The position numbers and the translations under genes were made by a program. 64,000 nucleotides of DNA from the NCBI RefSeq assembly GCF_018350175.1, contig NC_058368.1:169324001-169388000 (forward strand), in the 5' to 3' direction. Numbering within the stretch: position 1 is the first letter of the stretch; each line of letters starts with the position of its first letter. This document shows, in pieces, positions 25,950-38,410 of the stretch. A model generated the notes under the pieces. That model was given only the letters and a program-made list of their open reading frames with translations, ran no database searches and was not told the origin of the DNA. The DNA is from Felis catus. Its lineage: Eukaryota.

Positions 25950-26980
25950 TTAATTCCTCCCATTCTCAAATGCCTCTTCTCAGTCACTACTGAGGGACAT
26001 CGTTAAGAACACCTTTGTTCTTATGCTTTCTTCTTCTTCCTGATCCAATCTCACATTCTCCCATTCTTCCAAACTCTCTCCTTTAGCCTTTGACAACTCC
26101 TTTTCCATGGTCTTGAATTTTCCCACATCCTCAACTTCTTCAGGCAAGCTTTCCTCAATCTTTTTACCTCCACAGACTTTTGGCTTATAATCACCTCATC
26201 CACTTGTCCTGCAAACTTTTGAGTGGAGGTTGCTTTTTCTCTCCCACACTTTGTGTAGCTCAGGATTGGGAAGGAGAGTCCTCAGCCCATTACTTCTGCC
26301 TGTAGTCTCTTACAAATTAAAACTCTTACTTCCGTGAAGCTCCTGACAACTAGACGCAATCCCCATCTATAGCTTCCCCTCACTCATTAATGGGTGACTT
26401 TAGCAACTAGCTAACCCGGCTCCCCCTCTACCCCAATTCCTGTCACCATTCTGCAGAATTTAAATGTGCATGTGGCTACCCTGCCCAGCACACAGCCTCT
26501 CAGGTCCAGGACTTCTGTTTGCCCAAACATTTCCTTCTCTCCAGCTGAGTCACTAAGTTCCATTTTCACATCTTGTACCTTGTTATGACCTGAAATTTTG
26601 CCACTTCAGAAATTTCTAATTAAACCATCCTGTGCTTCAATGACAACTCCTTATTTTTTGAGATTCACTATTTATTTACTTTCTTTATAATTGATCATCC
26701 AATTTATCAAAACAGCCAGTCCCTTGACCTATCTACTTTCTCTTTACTCACAGGCCTTTCCCTGCTTGACCTCCCTCCCAATCAAGCTTTAGATTTCATG
26801 GTCCACAGTTTCAATCACTCTCTTGAGAAAATTCTAAGTATTTTTGTTGCAACCACCTGGGAAAATCCTAACCTCAGATAAATTCACTATCTGCAGTCTG
26901 TATCTATTCTTGAGCTGCTCAACACAGCTGTAGAGAAAGAAATGATACAACCAGAAAACTGATAGCAGCATAAACCCATG
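25950..26980 (+). mobile_element. L2 internal fragment
   Basis: C/T-rich, degraded, L2 ORF2-like sequence ('gcctctcaggtccaggacttc', 'atggtccacagtttcaatcactctcttg'). Confidence 0.6.
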
Positions 26981-26985
26981 CTTTC

Positions 26986-27392
26986 AATCAGGAGAGACTA
27001 GGTTATGCTGCGGTAACAAACAAAATGAAACAAGAAGCAAAGCAAAACATTAATGACAATCTCAAACATCAAGGGCTTGACACAGTTTATTTCTTGCCTA
27101 TGCTGCAAGTCCAGAATGGGTTGGCAGGGGGTTCTGCTTCTCTTAGTCATTCAGGGACTCAGGGGGATGGAGGCACCTTCTGAGCTTGTGCTTCCACTGT
27201 CACTACAACAGGGGCGTGGGGACACGGTGATAAGTGGACTGGCTTTGAAAGGCTTCTGTTCATCTTATATTGGCCAAAGCAATTCAGGTAGCCGTGCCCG
27301 AGTTTAAGGGGCTGGAGAGGTGCCTCTTACTATGTGCCAGGAAGGAGAAGAAGCAAATTCAAGTATTTATGATTAGCCAGTGTCTGTCACAG
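26986..27392 (-). mobile_element. Old MLT1 LTR
   Basis: 'ctaggttatgctgcggtaacaaac...atctcaa...gtttatttcttgc...tattggccaaagcaa...gtctgtcaca'. Confidence 0.75.
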
Positions 27393-28000
27393 TCAATCTC
27401 AGCTACTCCTGGTATTCTTAATGTTTCTCCAATTAGCTTGCTCTCTCCATGGCAACGATTTTTTTACAAAAAGTTTTTATTTAAATTCCAGTTAGTTAAC
27501 ATACAGTGTAATATTAGTTTCAGGTGTACAATATAGTGATTCATCACTTCCATACAATACTCTTGTGCTTATCACAACTTCCTTTACTCTATTCAGTCTC
27601 TGACCCCTGCCTTGTTCTTATCCTCCCCAAACTGTATATGGAGAGAAATAAGACTGATCCTAGGACAGTGTCTGTGAAAATCTATTATCTCTAGTTTCCT
27701 CATCATTACCACTGAAATAGTAACAACTATCAAGCTTACTTTAAGGCCAAGCAACTGTAAAATTTAACTGAGAATGTATTTGAAAGTACTTTGAAAAGTT
27801 AAGCACTATATTTTATTTGTACTGTAAGATATTATTATTATTAGTTCAGAATATGTAATATGCAAAAAATGCAAAATGGGGATATTGGCATTACAGTGAT
27901 TTAGAATTTAAGCTCCACATGGGCTGACTTTTTTTGTTTGTTCACTGATATATTTCCAGTGCCAACAGTGTCCAACACATAGTTGGCATTAATAAATATT

Positions 28001-28473
28001 ATTATTTTTTAATTTATTTATTGTTTAATTTACATCCAGTTTAGTTAGCATATGGTGCAACAATGATTTCAGGAGTAGATTCCTTAATGCCTCTTACCCA
28101 TTTAGACCATCCCGCCTCTGTTTGTTCTCTATATTTAAGAGTCTTTTATGTTTTGTCCCCCTCACTGTTTTTATATTATTTTTGCTTCCCTTCCTTTATG
28201 TTCATCTGTTTTGTATCTTAAAGTCCCCATATGAGTGAAGTCATATGATATTAGTCTTTCTCTGACTGACTAATTTTGCCTAGCATAATGCCCTCCAGTT
28301 CCATCCACGTAGTTGCAAATGGCAAGATTTCATTCTTTTTGATTGCAGAAGAATACTCCATTGTACATATATACCACATCTTCTTTACCCGTTCATCCGC
28401 TGATAGACATTTGGGCTCTTTCCATACTTTGACTATTGTTGATAGTGCTACTATAAACTATATTGGGGTGCAC
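28001..28473 (-). mobile_element. Felid L1 3' end inserted into an L2 tail
   Basis: 'ccctccagttccatccacgtagttgcaaatggcaagatttcattc' L1 3' motif. TSD 'taataaatatt' at 27990-28000 and 28474-28484. Confidence 0.92.
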
Positions 28474-30024
28474 TAATAAATATTGAATGAATGAATTTTT
28501 ATAAAATATGTGATCTGATTTATAAGATAGCATTACCATTGTAGGATGTTATATTAAAAAATGTTTTTTCCAGATATATTGAGAATTGATATATATCACT
28601 GTATAAATTTAAGGCATATAACATGATGGTTTGATTTACATATTTTTTGAAATGATTATGGATGTAAATATTTTTATCTAAGTTCATGTACTAGGGACTG
28701 TTACCTACTTCTGTGTACAATTGAATATTTTCTTTTTATCCACTATAATATTAGAACTGTGGGTTGGGAAGTAAGGGGGCTTGTTATCTCAAATAAATTA
28801 AATCTAAAGCCCTATCTAAAGGCATTTTGGAAGTAAAGATTTGCTTGTTCACTTATCCATATTCTAAATGCTGTTCAAATTCATATGAGCTTTATATGTG
28901 CATAATAAAATATTGTCATTATTGTAAATTTAAAATGCATTATTTAACATGTGGCAAATGTTTGCCAAAAATGTTTTCATTATATTTTAAACAATGAAAT
29001 ATATCAAGCAAATACATCACTTGATGTATGGCATGATAGTTTACCAGGAAATATTTATAATTGATCTTTTTTTAATTAATTAGGTGCAACTCAATATTTA
29101 TTCAGCAAATTAGTCATTTTTTAGCTTACATAAAATAGTTGTCTTCATTTTTTAAAGTTACGTTATATACAGTAGTATACATGAATAGATGCGCAATTAT
29201 TATTTATTTGGTTTCCCTTACAAATGCACTGCTTGCTACTATTTGTAAAAAATAACTATTTTTGAGTGATTAATCTTTGAAAGCATTTATAACTCTGGGC
29301 AATTTTTTTCAACTTGCAAAATTCAAAAAGCCCATTTTCCCTTTTATTGAAAACTTTTTTCATACATTATAGTTCTGCTCAGCGAGGACATTTAGAGCAA
29401 TGTTTAAAGTGACCACCATAAATGAGCAGCCTTCCAAAGAAGTCACATCCAGGAGTGACAGCCACAGAGCTGCTTGGTTATTACAGAAGCAAAGCCTTGT
29501 GTCTCACTGTCACTCAGGCCACAGATATCAAGTCAGTTGGATTTATTGTGTCACCAAATCCCCCAAAGTCTCAGGGTTCTCCCAATTACCCACTCTTGTG
29601 CAGAGATCACTGAGATGCTGTATTACACCTGCTGAGGGCAGCATTGATTATATCTCTTGACCTAATTCTCCTTATCAGATCATTTGTCTTATGTTCTTTG
29701 CCCTTATGCCTTAGGAGGTATTTTGATAATCATCTAATGAGCAAAATCAAACTAAGCTGTTAATAAACACTTGATGCATTTCTCTTTAGCAACTCAAACA
29801 CGTTTGAGCATCTATGTGGGGTATACATAGAAGGAGTAAGAAAAAGATCTTCATGAGTCTCTATCTGTAGAATTAGGCAGTATACACTTGTATTAGATTT
29901 CTTAAATCTAACTAAAGGTAACCAACATTTAATGAGAAAGTGTTATGGGTCAATCATTGTCCTGGGATCTGTATATACACAAGTGAATAAGACTCATTCT
30001 GTGCCCTCCAGGAACTCAAGGGAA

Positions 30025-30465
30025 CTGTGAAGCATAAATTGCAAATTGGTGCCTGCAGGTCCATTCCTGCCTGTAGGTTCCTTCTGTTTTTGATTGACAC
30101 AGTGCTTTAGCAAATTTGAGACTAAATTTGACATTGAGATTTCACATAAAATCTGACTTTCCAGTTTCTACTGAAAAATCATAAAGTCTGTTACCATTAG
30201 TCCCACAATTCCTGCACACTCACCAACAGCCCCCTCATTTCACAGAGTGTCAGTTTTCCAGTTGTTGCTGCAGTCCTCACCAGTCCCTCTTTCTTCCTCA
30301 GGCAGAGGTTGAATCTTGGTGGGCCTTATCAATGAGTTTGAAAAATACTTGAGAAATATTTTTATACCTATGTCTGTATCAAACATGGAAAATGAAAGGC
30401 CTCAGGGACCACGTTTCAAGAAAAATGGAAGGGAGCATATTTCTAATTTTTTTTAATGTTTATTT

Positions 30466-30506
<41 letters not shown>

Positions 30507-30790
30507 CTGGGGAGGGAAAGAGAGAGAGGAAGACACAGAATCCGAAGCAGGCTCCAGGCTCTGAGCTGTCAGCACAGAGTATGATGTGGGACTCACAGAC
30601 TGTGAGATCATGACCTGAGCCAAAGTCGGAGGTTTAACTGACTGAGCCACCCAGGTGCCATAGGGAACATATTTCTTTAAAGAAGTAAATATAACCCAAT
30701 GTATTTAATGTGCAACTAGTAGGCCTTTGTCATTCATTTAAGCCACATGCTTTGCTTCTTTAAGTGTTTGGATTTGGGAACCCTGGTTTA
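30025..30790. mobile_element. MER102-like hAT DNA transposon relic, interrupted by a SINE
   Basis: 'gagatttcacataaaatctgactttccagtttctactgaaaaatca' motif. Boundaries approximate. Confidence 0.6.
30446..30662 (-). mobile_element. Felid Can-SINE
   Basis: Minus-strand SINE body. TSD gggagcatatttct / gggaacatatttct. Confidence 0.95.
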
Positions 30791-31049
30791 GGGGATACCA
30801 GTATAAAGCACAAGATGGGAGAAAGAGATAGAAGAAATTATATGGGGTTATGGGACAGAGGAAGAGTGATAAGGAGTGAGAAGTCCAAAAAGGCTTCAGT
30901 CAGATGGTGGCATTGTGGGTAGGGTAGGAATGGTCACTCAGAAAGAAACATCATCTTAAACAAAGTCTTAAAGGTGGGACAGCATTTAGTGAATATTGAT
31001 GAAATAAATGGTAGCCAGACTGAGCAGCCAGGGAGGGGGGTGGTGAATG

Positions 31050-34000
31050 GGTGATAACCCTGCAATTGTAAGCTCTGATACATAAATTATAATGTTTTAT
31101 GTGGGTTTCAGGGAGACTAACATGGGAATCTCTTTCTTATCCTTCTGGTAGCTCCATCCTATAACCATCATAGACCCTTTTCATTGTATTTTTTAGGCCA
31201 TCCCCTGAATAAAGCTGAAATACCACTCCATTTTTGGGTGGTGCCAGTATACAATGCAGAAATCATCTTAAAATCAGGCTCAAGGTGTGTCTTTATCCGC
31301 CAACTGGTCATTAAGAATTCAGATGACAAAGCAGAGGACTAGGTGCTGTGGAAATCAGAGCCAACTGCTCATGTAGCTCATCTGTTTTCAAGGCTTGCTT
31401 GAACATGATCTTGTTTATAAAACTTCCATTTGATTATGGAATGCTGCTGCCTATGCCCAAGTCTGTAACTCGGTGAATTTTACAATTTCCAGTTCATGCT
31501 GGGCAGCTCAGGCTATATGGTTGGTTGATGGACCATGTCCAGTCATTCTGTTTCTATGTGGGTCCAGTTTTATTCCAAGAGTTATTTCTCAAAAGGAGAA
31601 GAATTATCTGTGGAAGAGAATATGGTTTTGCCTTAAAATCCCAAGGGTTGCATTGTTATTCTCTTATCTGGATTTGTTAGAGGCTTAATATAGCATTTCC
31701 ATTTGCAACAAGTGTTCTTTATGAATTGATATAAAGAAGAAAGAATTTGCCAGATCAATAGTGGCATACCTGATGCCAGAGGATGAATTAATTTGCTCCA
31801 GAAAAAAAAAAATCACATTTGAGGCAGTAGTTGTAACTGGTGTCACAAGCTGATTAAGTTTATGATAATCCACTGTTTTTCTCCAAAATTCATCTTTGTT
31901 CTGAACAAGACAAAGAGAGGAGGTTTATATAAATGTGATAGCAATAGCCACCCCTGTATCTGTTGAGCTTTTGGTGATGATATTAATCTCTGAAAGTCTC
32001 CCAGGATTATAAAATTATTACTAGTTTACTACTTTGATAGAAAGTTCCAGGGGCTTCCTTTTGGCCCTTCCTATCATAAAAAGCCCTCACTTCAAGGATC
32101 AGGAAATGAAGTCTGATCAGTTGCCAAATATGCTTTTGAAAACTGGGGGAAAAAAACCACAAAGCTATGTTTACAGACCCTCTGGACCCTGTGCAAGATG
32201 GATTCAAGCCAAAACTCCATCTAGTATTTGACATCCCTAAGTCCCCACTCTCATTGGTGAATCCTAAAATTTGGGGATTAATTTCAGAGCCAAAAATCTC
32301 AAACTGTCTGGGTATTTTCCCTTCCCCAGAGTATACAATCATCCTGATGAATGGATGCATTTCCTTCTGGAAAAAATTAGAAGGAAATTTTATAGTACAT
32401 TCTTGTTGTAGTCTCACTAGGTCCTTCCTCAAAGGGTGCCAGTCTCCCCTTCTTGTAGGGCACCCTGTTAACTAGCTCAGGCCTGGGAATTGGTGAGTCC
32501 ATGACTCTCTACGTGGCTAGTTCAGATATCTGTCCTGTAATTTTTTTTTATTTCATAAATTAAGACTTTCTTAGGTTGACAATCCATTTCAGTCCTAGAG
32601 ACACATGAAAAGTCACTGCCAAAGATCTCTGTAGATAAAACTACTCAGATTAGGTCTCTGGCCTGTTGTCTAGTATAATAATCTTGTCTGCATGGTGGCT
32701 AAATGCTATCTGCTGGACTCTGCAACTCCTGATAGCCCTTCTGAATAGTGTTATATTATACTTCCATCCTTAATATGAAAAGGGACAAATATCACTGAGA
32801 CTTTTAAGGATGCTGGTGCTCCGCTCACTATTATATTCCTCAATGCCTTCATGATGGGAGTGTCTTCTGGGCTCTCCTTAGGGACATGGTAAATGGTGGA
32901 TGAGCCAGTCACATATGATGGATCCATGCCAACAATTTTATCTTTCCAATCCTTTGAATTTACTCTTACTATCTCAGTTTCACTTAATGAAGGCTACTGT
33001 TGAGTCCTGGTTTTAGTCACCCAAACAAGCAAACTCAATAGGGTTGTTCAAACCACTCAAACTAAACATTGAATCTATAATCTATGGTAACTGTACCCAT
33101 ATTAACAAATTTGTCTATTACCAAAATTATGTTTCTTCCTCTCTTGTCTAAAACCATGAGATTCCTTTCCAATAATGTTTTCCAGGTTTCTGATATCCTC
33201 CCAGGGTTTGTTGAGCTCTGACTCTAGTTACAGGTCTGGTGGCAAATAAGTGGTGGAGGTGGACCATAGAGAGAATCTGCATCCTCATGAAAAGAAATTG
33301 TATTGGGGTCTTCAAGCTAGGGAAAGCTAATGTCCTCAAACAGGGAAGAGGAGCAGGTCAGTGGGATTTAGAAGCTCATGATTCTCAGAGTCATTGGAAT
33401 CTACCCAAATGTCTTCATTCCAATTTTTGCTCTTTCCTAATCAATGCCCTAACTTTTATATAAGAGGCCTGGCAAGTTTGTGAATTCCATTTGGGTTATA
33501 ATTATGCAACCTACAGGATAAAAAAAAAATTTATACATTAGCCATATGGCTATAAGAGATATTTTTAGGGCAGTCTTAGAAGCTGTCTGGCTCTCTAACT
33601 ATGCCTTGAGCTAAGAATTTGAAATCTTAACCTTTTATTTAGAAGCAGCCAGCCCATACCACCGTCCTAACAATTCTTTTTTTTTCCTCTTAAAATCCTA
33701 CTGTAATAATTAGTAGTCTCTCAAAAGCTTTTCTACAGTAAGCACTTTACTCCAGAAAACTATAGATAATTATTTTGTTACTGCTTTCTATGGACTGCTA
33801 GTATCACGTTTTTCATTGTCTATGAAGTCTTAACTGCTTTCCAATCTAAGGAAGTTAGATAACTGATCCTAGATTCCTGTCTTTGAGTTTCTGTATCCTG
33901 GAACCACTTCTGGAGCCAAACACTGTTATCAGTCAGGGTTTTGCCAGGAAAGCACTTACCTCTCCAGTTTATAGAGGAAGGGATGATTAAATACAAAGAG

Positions 34001-34385
34001 AATTACAAACTCACAAAGCTGTTGGGAGGACTGGGGTAATTAAAGTTCACGGAAACATACTGCTGGCTTTGAGGAAATTTGGAAACCCAGGGATCAGAGT
34101 TAATGACTGGTGATTACAGCTCTTGAAGTTTCAAGGCAGGTAATTCACAAGAGCTCACCCACAAGCATCATGTAAACTTCATGCTTGCTGTCAAATCAGC
34201 CACTGCTACAGAAGAATAATGGCTGTCCTCTCTTCTGCCTTCCAAATTTTGTGCAAGATGCCTCTTACTGGCAGAATCTAAATCAGGCAGTGAGGGAGCT
34301 GAAGCAATGTATTTTTCAGGCTTCCAGACCCTACTATACAGGGAAAAGTTTGGAAGGGTGATGCTGAGTGCAACAATCAATATTT
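31050..34385 (-). mobile_element. Ancient ERVL (class III) remnant: putative 5' LTR about 33923-34385, PBS-like site, degraded gag-pol
   Basis: RT peptide DYHKLNQLVTPV...LEQINSSSGIRYATIDLANSFFFISIHKEH (31685-31873) matches the ERVL RT pattern. Minus-strand 'tggctccagaagtggttc' at about 33901-33918 resembles the ERVL PBS region next to an LTR end. Confidence 0.8.
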
Positions 34386-35058
34386 GGCAGAGTATATGAT
34401 CATCAGCTTCTCAAAAATATTTAAAATGTGGCAACAACAAGTAATATATAAACATTCAAGTTTTCTTCTATTGCCTTTCCAATAAGTAGAAGATTATGGT
34501 TTTCCCATGATCTGTTTCTGTTTTTCCATCACATTTTAGAAGCAGTTATTTTGAGTCTTTAAAATAAGACTAAGTAGGTAAAAAAAAAACCTTGGACAAT
34601 GATTAGGGAAGGAGTTTTAAGAAGGTTGGAGAGAAAACTTGAGTAGCTACAATATTGAAGCTTTGGATGGAAGGGGAAAATGACTTTCAAAAGTACTGCT
34701 GTGAACTATATGACTATTTCCTGGTGCGCTCAAGAAACACAAATAGGGGATTTTAGTCATTTTGAAATTCCTTTCGTTGCTGCACTTTGTATGTTTGTTT
34801 ACAGCAGACATTCCACAGATCCTTGAGGGTCACTGAGAGTCTTTCAGGGGCTTCTGAGACGCATGGTTATTTTTGTAATAATATAAAGACATGATTTGAC
34901 TTTTTCGCCATGATCAAATTTCTACTGTTGTGCAAAAGCAATAATGGGTAAAACTTCTGGCAACTTAACAAGAATCAAAGCAGTGGTACCAAGCTGCACT
35001 AGTCTAGGTCTGCTATTCTTCACAACCATGCACTTGCATCATCAAAATAAATTAAAAT

Positions 35059-35272
35059 GGGTCACCTGGGCAACTCAGTCCGTTAAGTGTCCGACTTCGG
35101 CTCAGGTAATGATCTTGCAATTCCTGGGTTCGAGCCCCACGTCGGGCTCTGTGCTGACAGCTCAGAGCCTGGAGCCTGCTTCGGATTCTGTGTCTCCCTC
35201 TTTCTCTGCCCCTCCCCTGCTCACACTCTGTCTCTCTCTCAAAAATAAATAAACATTAAAAAATTTAAAAAA
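35059..35272 (+). mobile_element. Felid Can-SINE
   Basis: Typical head, body, CT tract and A tail. Confidence 0.95.
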
Positions 35273-36530
35273 ATGAAAATGCCATTTCACTTACTAACAC
35301 TCTTGATAAAGTAGTGAAAATTATTATTTTATTAAGTCTTAATCCTTGGGTATACATCATTTTAATATCCTTTTTGACAATACAAGAAGTATCTATATAA
35401 AGCGCTCCTGCCGCATACCAAAGTACAATGCTGTCTTAAGGAAAGGCACTTCTGTCATTGACTTGTAAGCCGAACTAGGCAGTGTTTTACACAGAACAAT
35501 ATTTTTGCTTGAAAGAACGACTGACAGACAAACTATCATTATTCAGACTTGGATATCTGGCAGACATGATCTTTAAAATGAACAAAATGGGCCTGTCACT
35601 TCAAGGAAAATAATTTACACTCTATGTTGCCAATGCTAAAATCCAAGCTTTCAAATAAAAATTAACATTTTGGAAAACTTGTACCTACACTATGAGCTTG
35701 ACAGCTACCCAATATTCAAAGATTTTTGTAATGAGACTGTTCGTGTTATTATGTGTGTGATGTTTTTGTTTTTGATAATGAGATGTGTCAACATTTGAAA
35801 GATCTGCATAACTCAGTGAACCAGTATTTTCCAAATGATCAATACATGATGCTGTAAAATCACACATGGGCCAAAGATCCCATCAAAATGCAAGACAGAT
35901 CAGTGGGTTTTAATATTACAGAGTACCAAGAGTTTATTGATATAGTGTCCAATGCTACCTTGCAACTCACCTTAAGTAGCTACCACTTGTTGAGTTTTGG
36001 TGTGGTATCAAAGAAGAATATCCACAACCATCTGGAAAGGTTATTAAAATGTTTCTTTTTTAAGCATATATCTGTGTGAGGTTGGATTTCCTTTGTATAT
36101 TTTAACCAAAGCAACACACTGCAACACTGAATGAAGAATCCAGATGTCTTATTAAGCCAGATGTTAAAGAGATTTGCAAAATGTAAAACAATGCCATTGC
36201 TCTAATTTTAACTGTACTTTAATACAGCTATTTTTAATTAAAATGTGTATTTATGGTAACATGCAATGGGTTTATCATTGTTAAATAAATTAATAATTTT
36301 TGATAGTTATTATTTATATTATTATTTGATATACATTTGCTTCAAAAAGGAAGGCAAGGACAACCATAAATATAAGTGGTTGACATTTGTCTTAAATGCC
36401 ACAGGAGTGCTCTCTTCTCTCTCAGTTGCTTGATAATTGACACTGAGCTGTGAGATGGCAGGTTATCTTTCTCAGGGGTATTTTACAAGTTGAGAGGAGA
36501 TTCTGAATGATAAAAAAGTTAATTTTTAAA

Positions 36531-36785
36531 TAATTTTTAAAAATTCAAGTATAGTTGACACAATATTATTTTAAGGTGTCCAACATAGTGATTTAAGTGC
36601 TCTATACATTATGCTACGTTCATCTCAAGTGTAGCTATCATCTGTCACCATGCAATGCTATTTCAAGATTATTGACCATACATTCCCTATACTATGCCTT
36701 TTATTCCTGTGACTTATCCATTCCATAACTGGCAGCCTGTATCTCTCACTCCCTTTCGCCCATTTTGCCCAGCCCCTACCCCTTA
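36531..36785 (-). mobile_element. L1 3' end fragment (L1MA/L1_Carn-like)
   Basis: 'gtatagttgacacaatatt...caacatagtgatt...ataactggcagcctgtatctct'. Confidence 0.75.
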
Positions 36786-37933
36786 AAAATGTCTCTGTTT
36801 GATTTTTGAAGAGAATAAGCAAGATTAGATATAACTCACATAAATTATTCCTGGGGTCCTCAATAGTTTTTAGTGTAAACCTTGAGACTAAAAAGTTTGC
36901 GAATCATGGTCTCACAAGGACAACAGTCTTAGACTGAGAGCCCAATGGACTATGGCATTACATATATTACGTAGAACACTGAAGTACCTTTTTACAGAAG
37001 TTCTTTCCTTATGTTAGTGTGTGTTTCACAAACTTATTGGTATAAAAAGCCTAGGATACTTCAAAACTTTTTTTGATTTCTTTTTTAAAAAATACATTGG
37101 GTCCTGTCACATATACAAATTAATTTAGGAATTTAAAACAATAAGGCAGAGTAGGAAAGTATATGACTAAAAAGCCAAATATAAACCTAAATCCTAGTTC
37201 AGCCACTACTTTACTTGTATTATCTTATGCTTTTATACTTATGTTTAAATATACTTTTATTTAATCTCTTGGTTTTAATTCTTTATTATCAACTAAAGTT
37301 AAAGATACAGACATATCCTTACTTTAAAAAAGGATAACAACACAGACCTCTGTGACTTGGAAGCAGAATTACGTTTAGATATTACTTAGAATATAGGCTG
37401 AAGTTCTGTAAGAATGAGACCAAAAATTACAGCAGTCCAAACAAGACATTTTTTTCTTTTTCTCTATCTTTGCTAAAAGTTTAGTTGGTCAAGAATAACC
37501 AGATATTTCTGCACACAGAGAGTGAGGAGCCCAGGTACTTTTCATTGTGTTGCTTTTCCATTACCTGGGTTCTTGTTCCACATGCATGGCCAAGCTAGTT
37601 TATGGGCACATCTGCATTCCATCCAGTAGAAAAAGAGCAAGATAGAGAGATAACCTAGGATAAGAAATTTTTATTCAAGTGACACAGAAGTTGCGTGTTA
37701 TTCTGCCCACATTCTTTTGAAAAACGATCAGTCACATGACTACTCACCTACAGGGTGCGCTGAGAAATAGTCTCCAACTATGGAAAACCATGTGCTTGTC
37801 TGAAAATCCATTACCATTGAAGGAGAGAATACATTGAAAAGTCAACTATCAGTCGGCCATAGTTAATGTGTGTTAAATACCTTGTATGGTACCTGCTAAT
37901 TCGTAGGTGCTCATCAACTGATATTTAGTTTAG

Positions 37934-38151
37934 TTTAATTTTTTAAATGTTTTATTTATTTTTGAGAGAGAGAGAGAGATAGCGACAGGGTACAAGCGAG
38001 GGAGGGGCAGAGAGAGAGGGAGACACAGAATCCGGAGCAGGCTCCAGGCTCTGAGCTGTCAGCACAGAGTCCGATGCAGGGCTCAAACTCGTGAACTGGA
38101 AGATCATGACCTGAGTCAGACCCTTAACCGACTGAGCCACCCAGGCACCCC
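37934..38151 (-). mobile_element. Felid Can-SINE (left arm of the palindrome)
   Basis: Minus-strand SINE. Short candidate TSD GATATTTA at 37920-37927 and 38153-38160. Confidence 0.96.
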
Positions 38152-38403
38152 AGATATTTAATATTATTTTAAGAGTAATACTATAGGGGCACCTCGGTGG
38201 CTCAGTCGGTTAAGGGTCTGACTCAGGTCATGATCTTCCAGTTCACGAGTTTGAGCCCTGCATCGGACTCTGTGCTGACAGCTCAGAGCCTGGAGCCTGC
38301 TCCGGATTCTGTGTCTCCCTCTCTCTCTGCCCCTCCCTCGCTTGTACCCTGTCGCTATCTCTCTCTCTCTCTCAAAAATAAATAAAACATTTAAAAAATT
38401 AAA
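37934..38403. repeat. Perfect 208-bp inverted repeat with a 54-bp spacer
   Basis: 37934-38141 is the reverse complement of 38196-38403. The ORF track gives identical peptides for 37952..38140(-) and 38197..38385(+). Confidence 0.95.
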
Positions 38404-38410
38404 AAAAAAA
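38186..38410 (+). mobile_element. Felid Can-SINE (right arm of the palindrome)
   Basis: Plus-strand SINE. TSD 'aagagtaatactata' at 38171-38185 and 38409-38423. Confidence 0.97.

Larger units (their letters stand above)
34802..36910 (+). mobile_element. Charlie1-like hAT DNA transposon relic, interrupted by a SINE and an L1 fragment
   Basis: 'aaagcagtggtaccaagctgcactagt', 'cttgaaagaacgactgacagacaaacta...ttcagacttggatatctggcagacat' and a terminal 'gagactaaaaagtttgcgaatca'. Confidence 0.75.
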
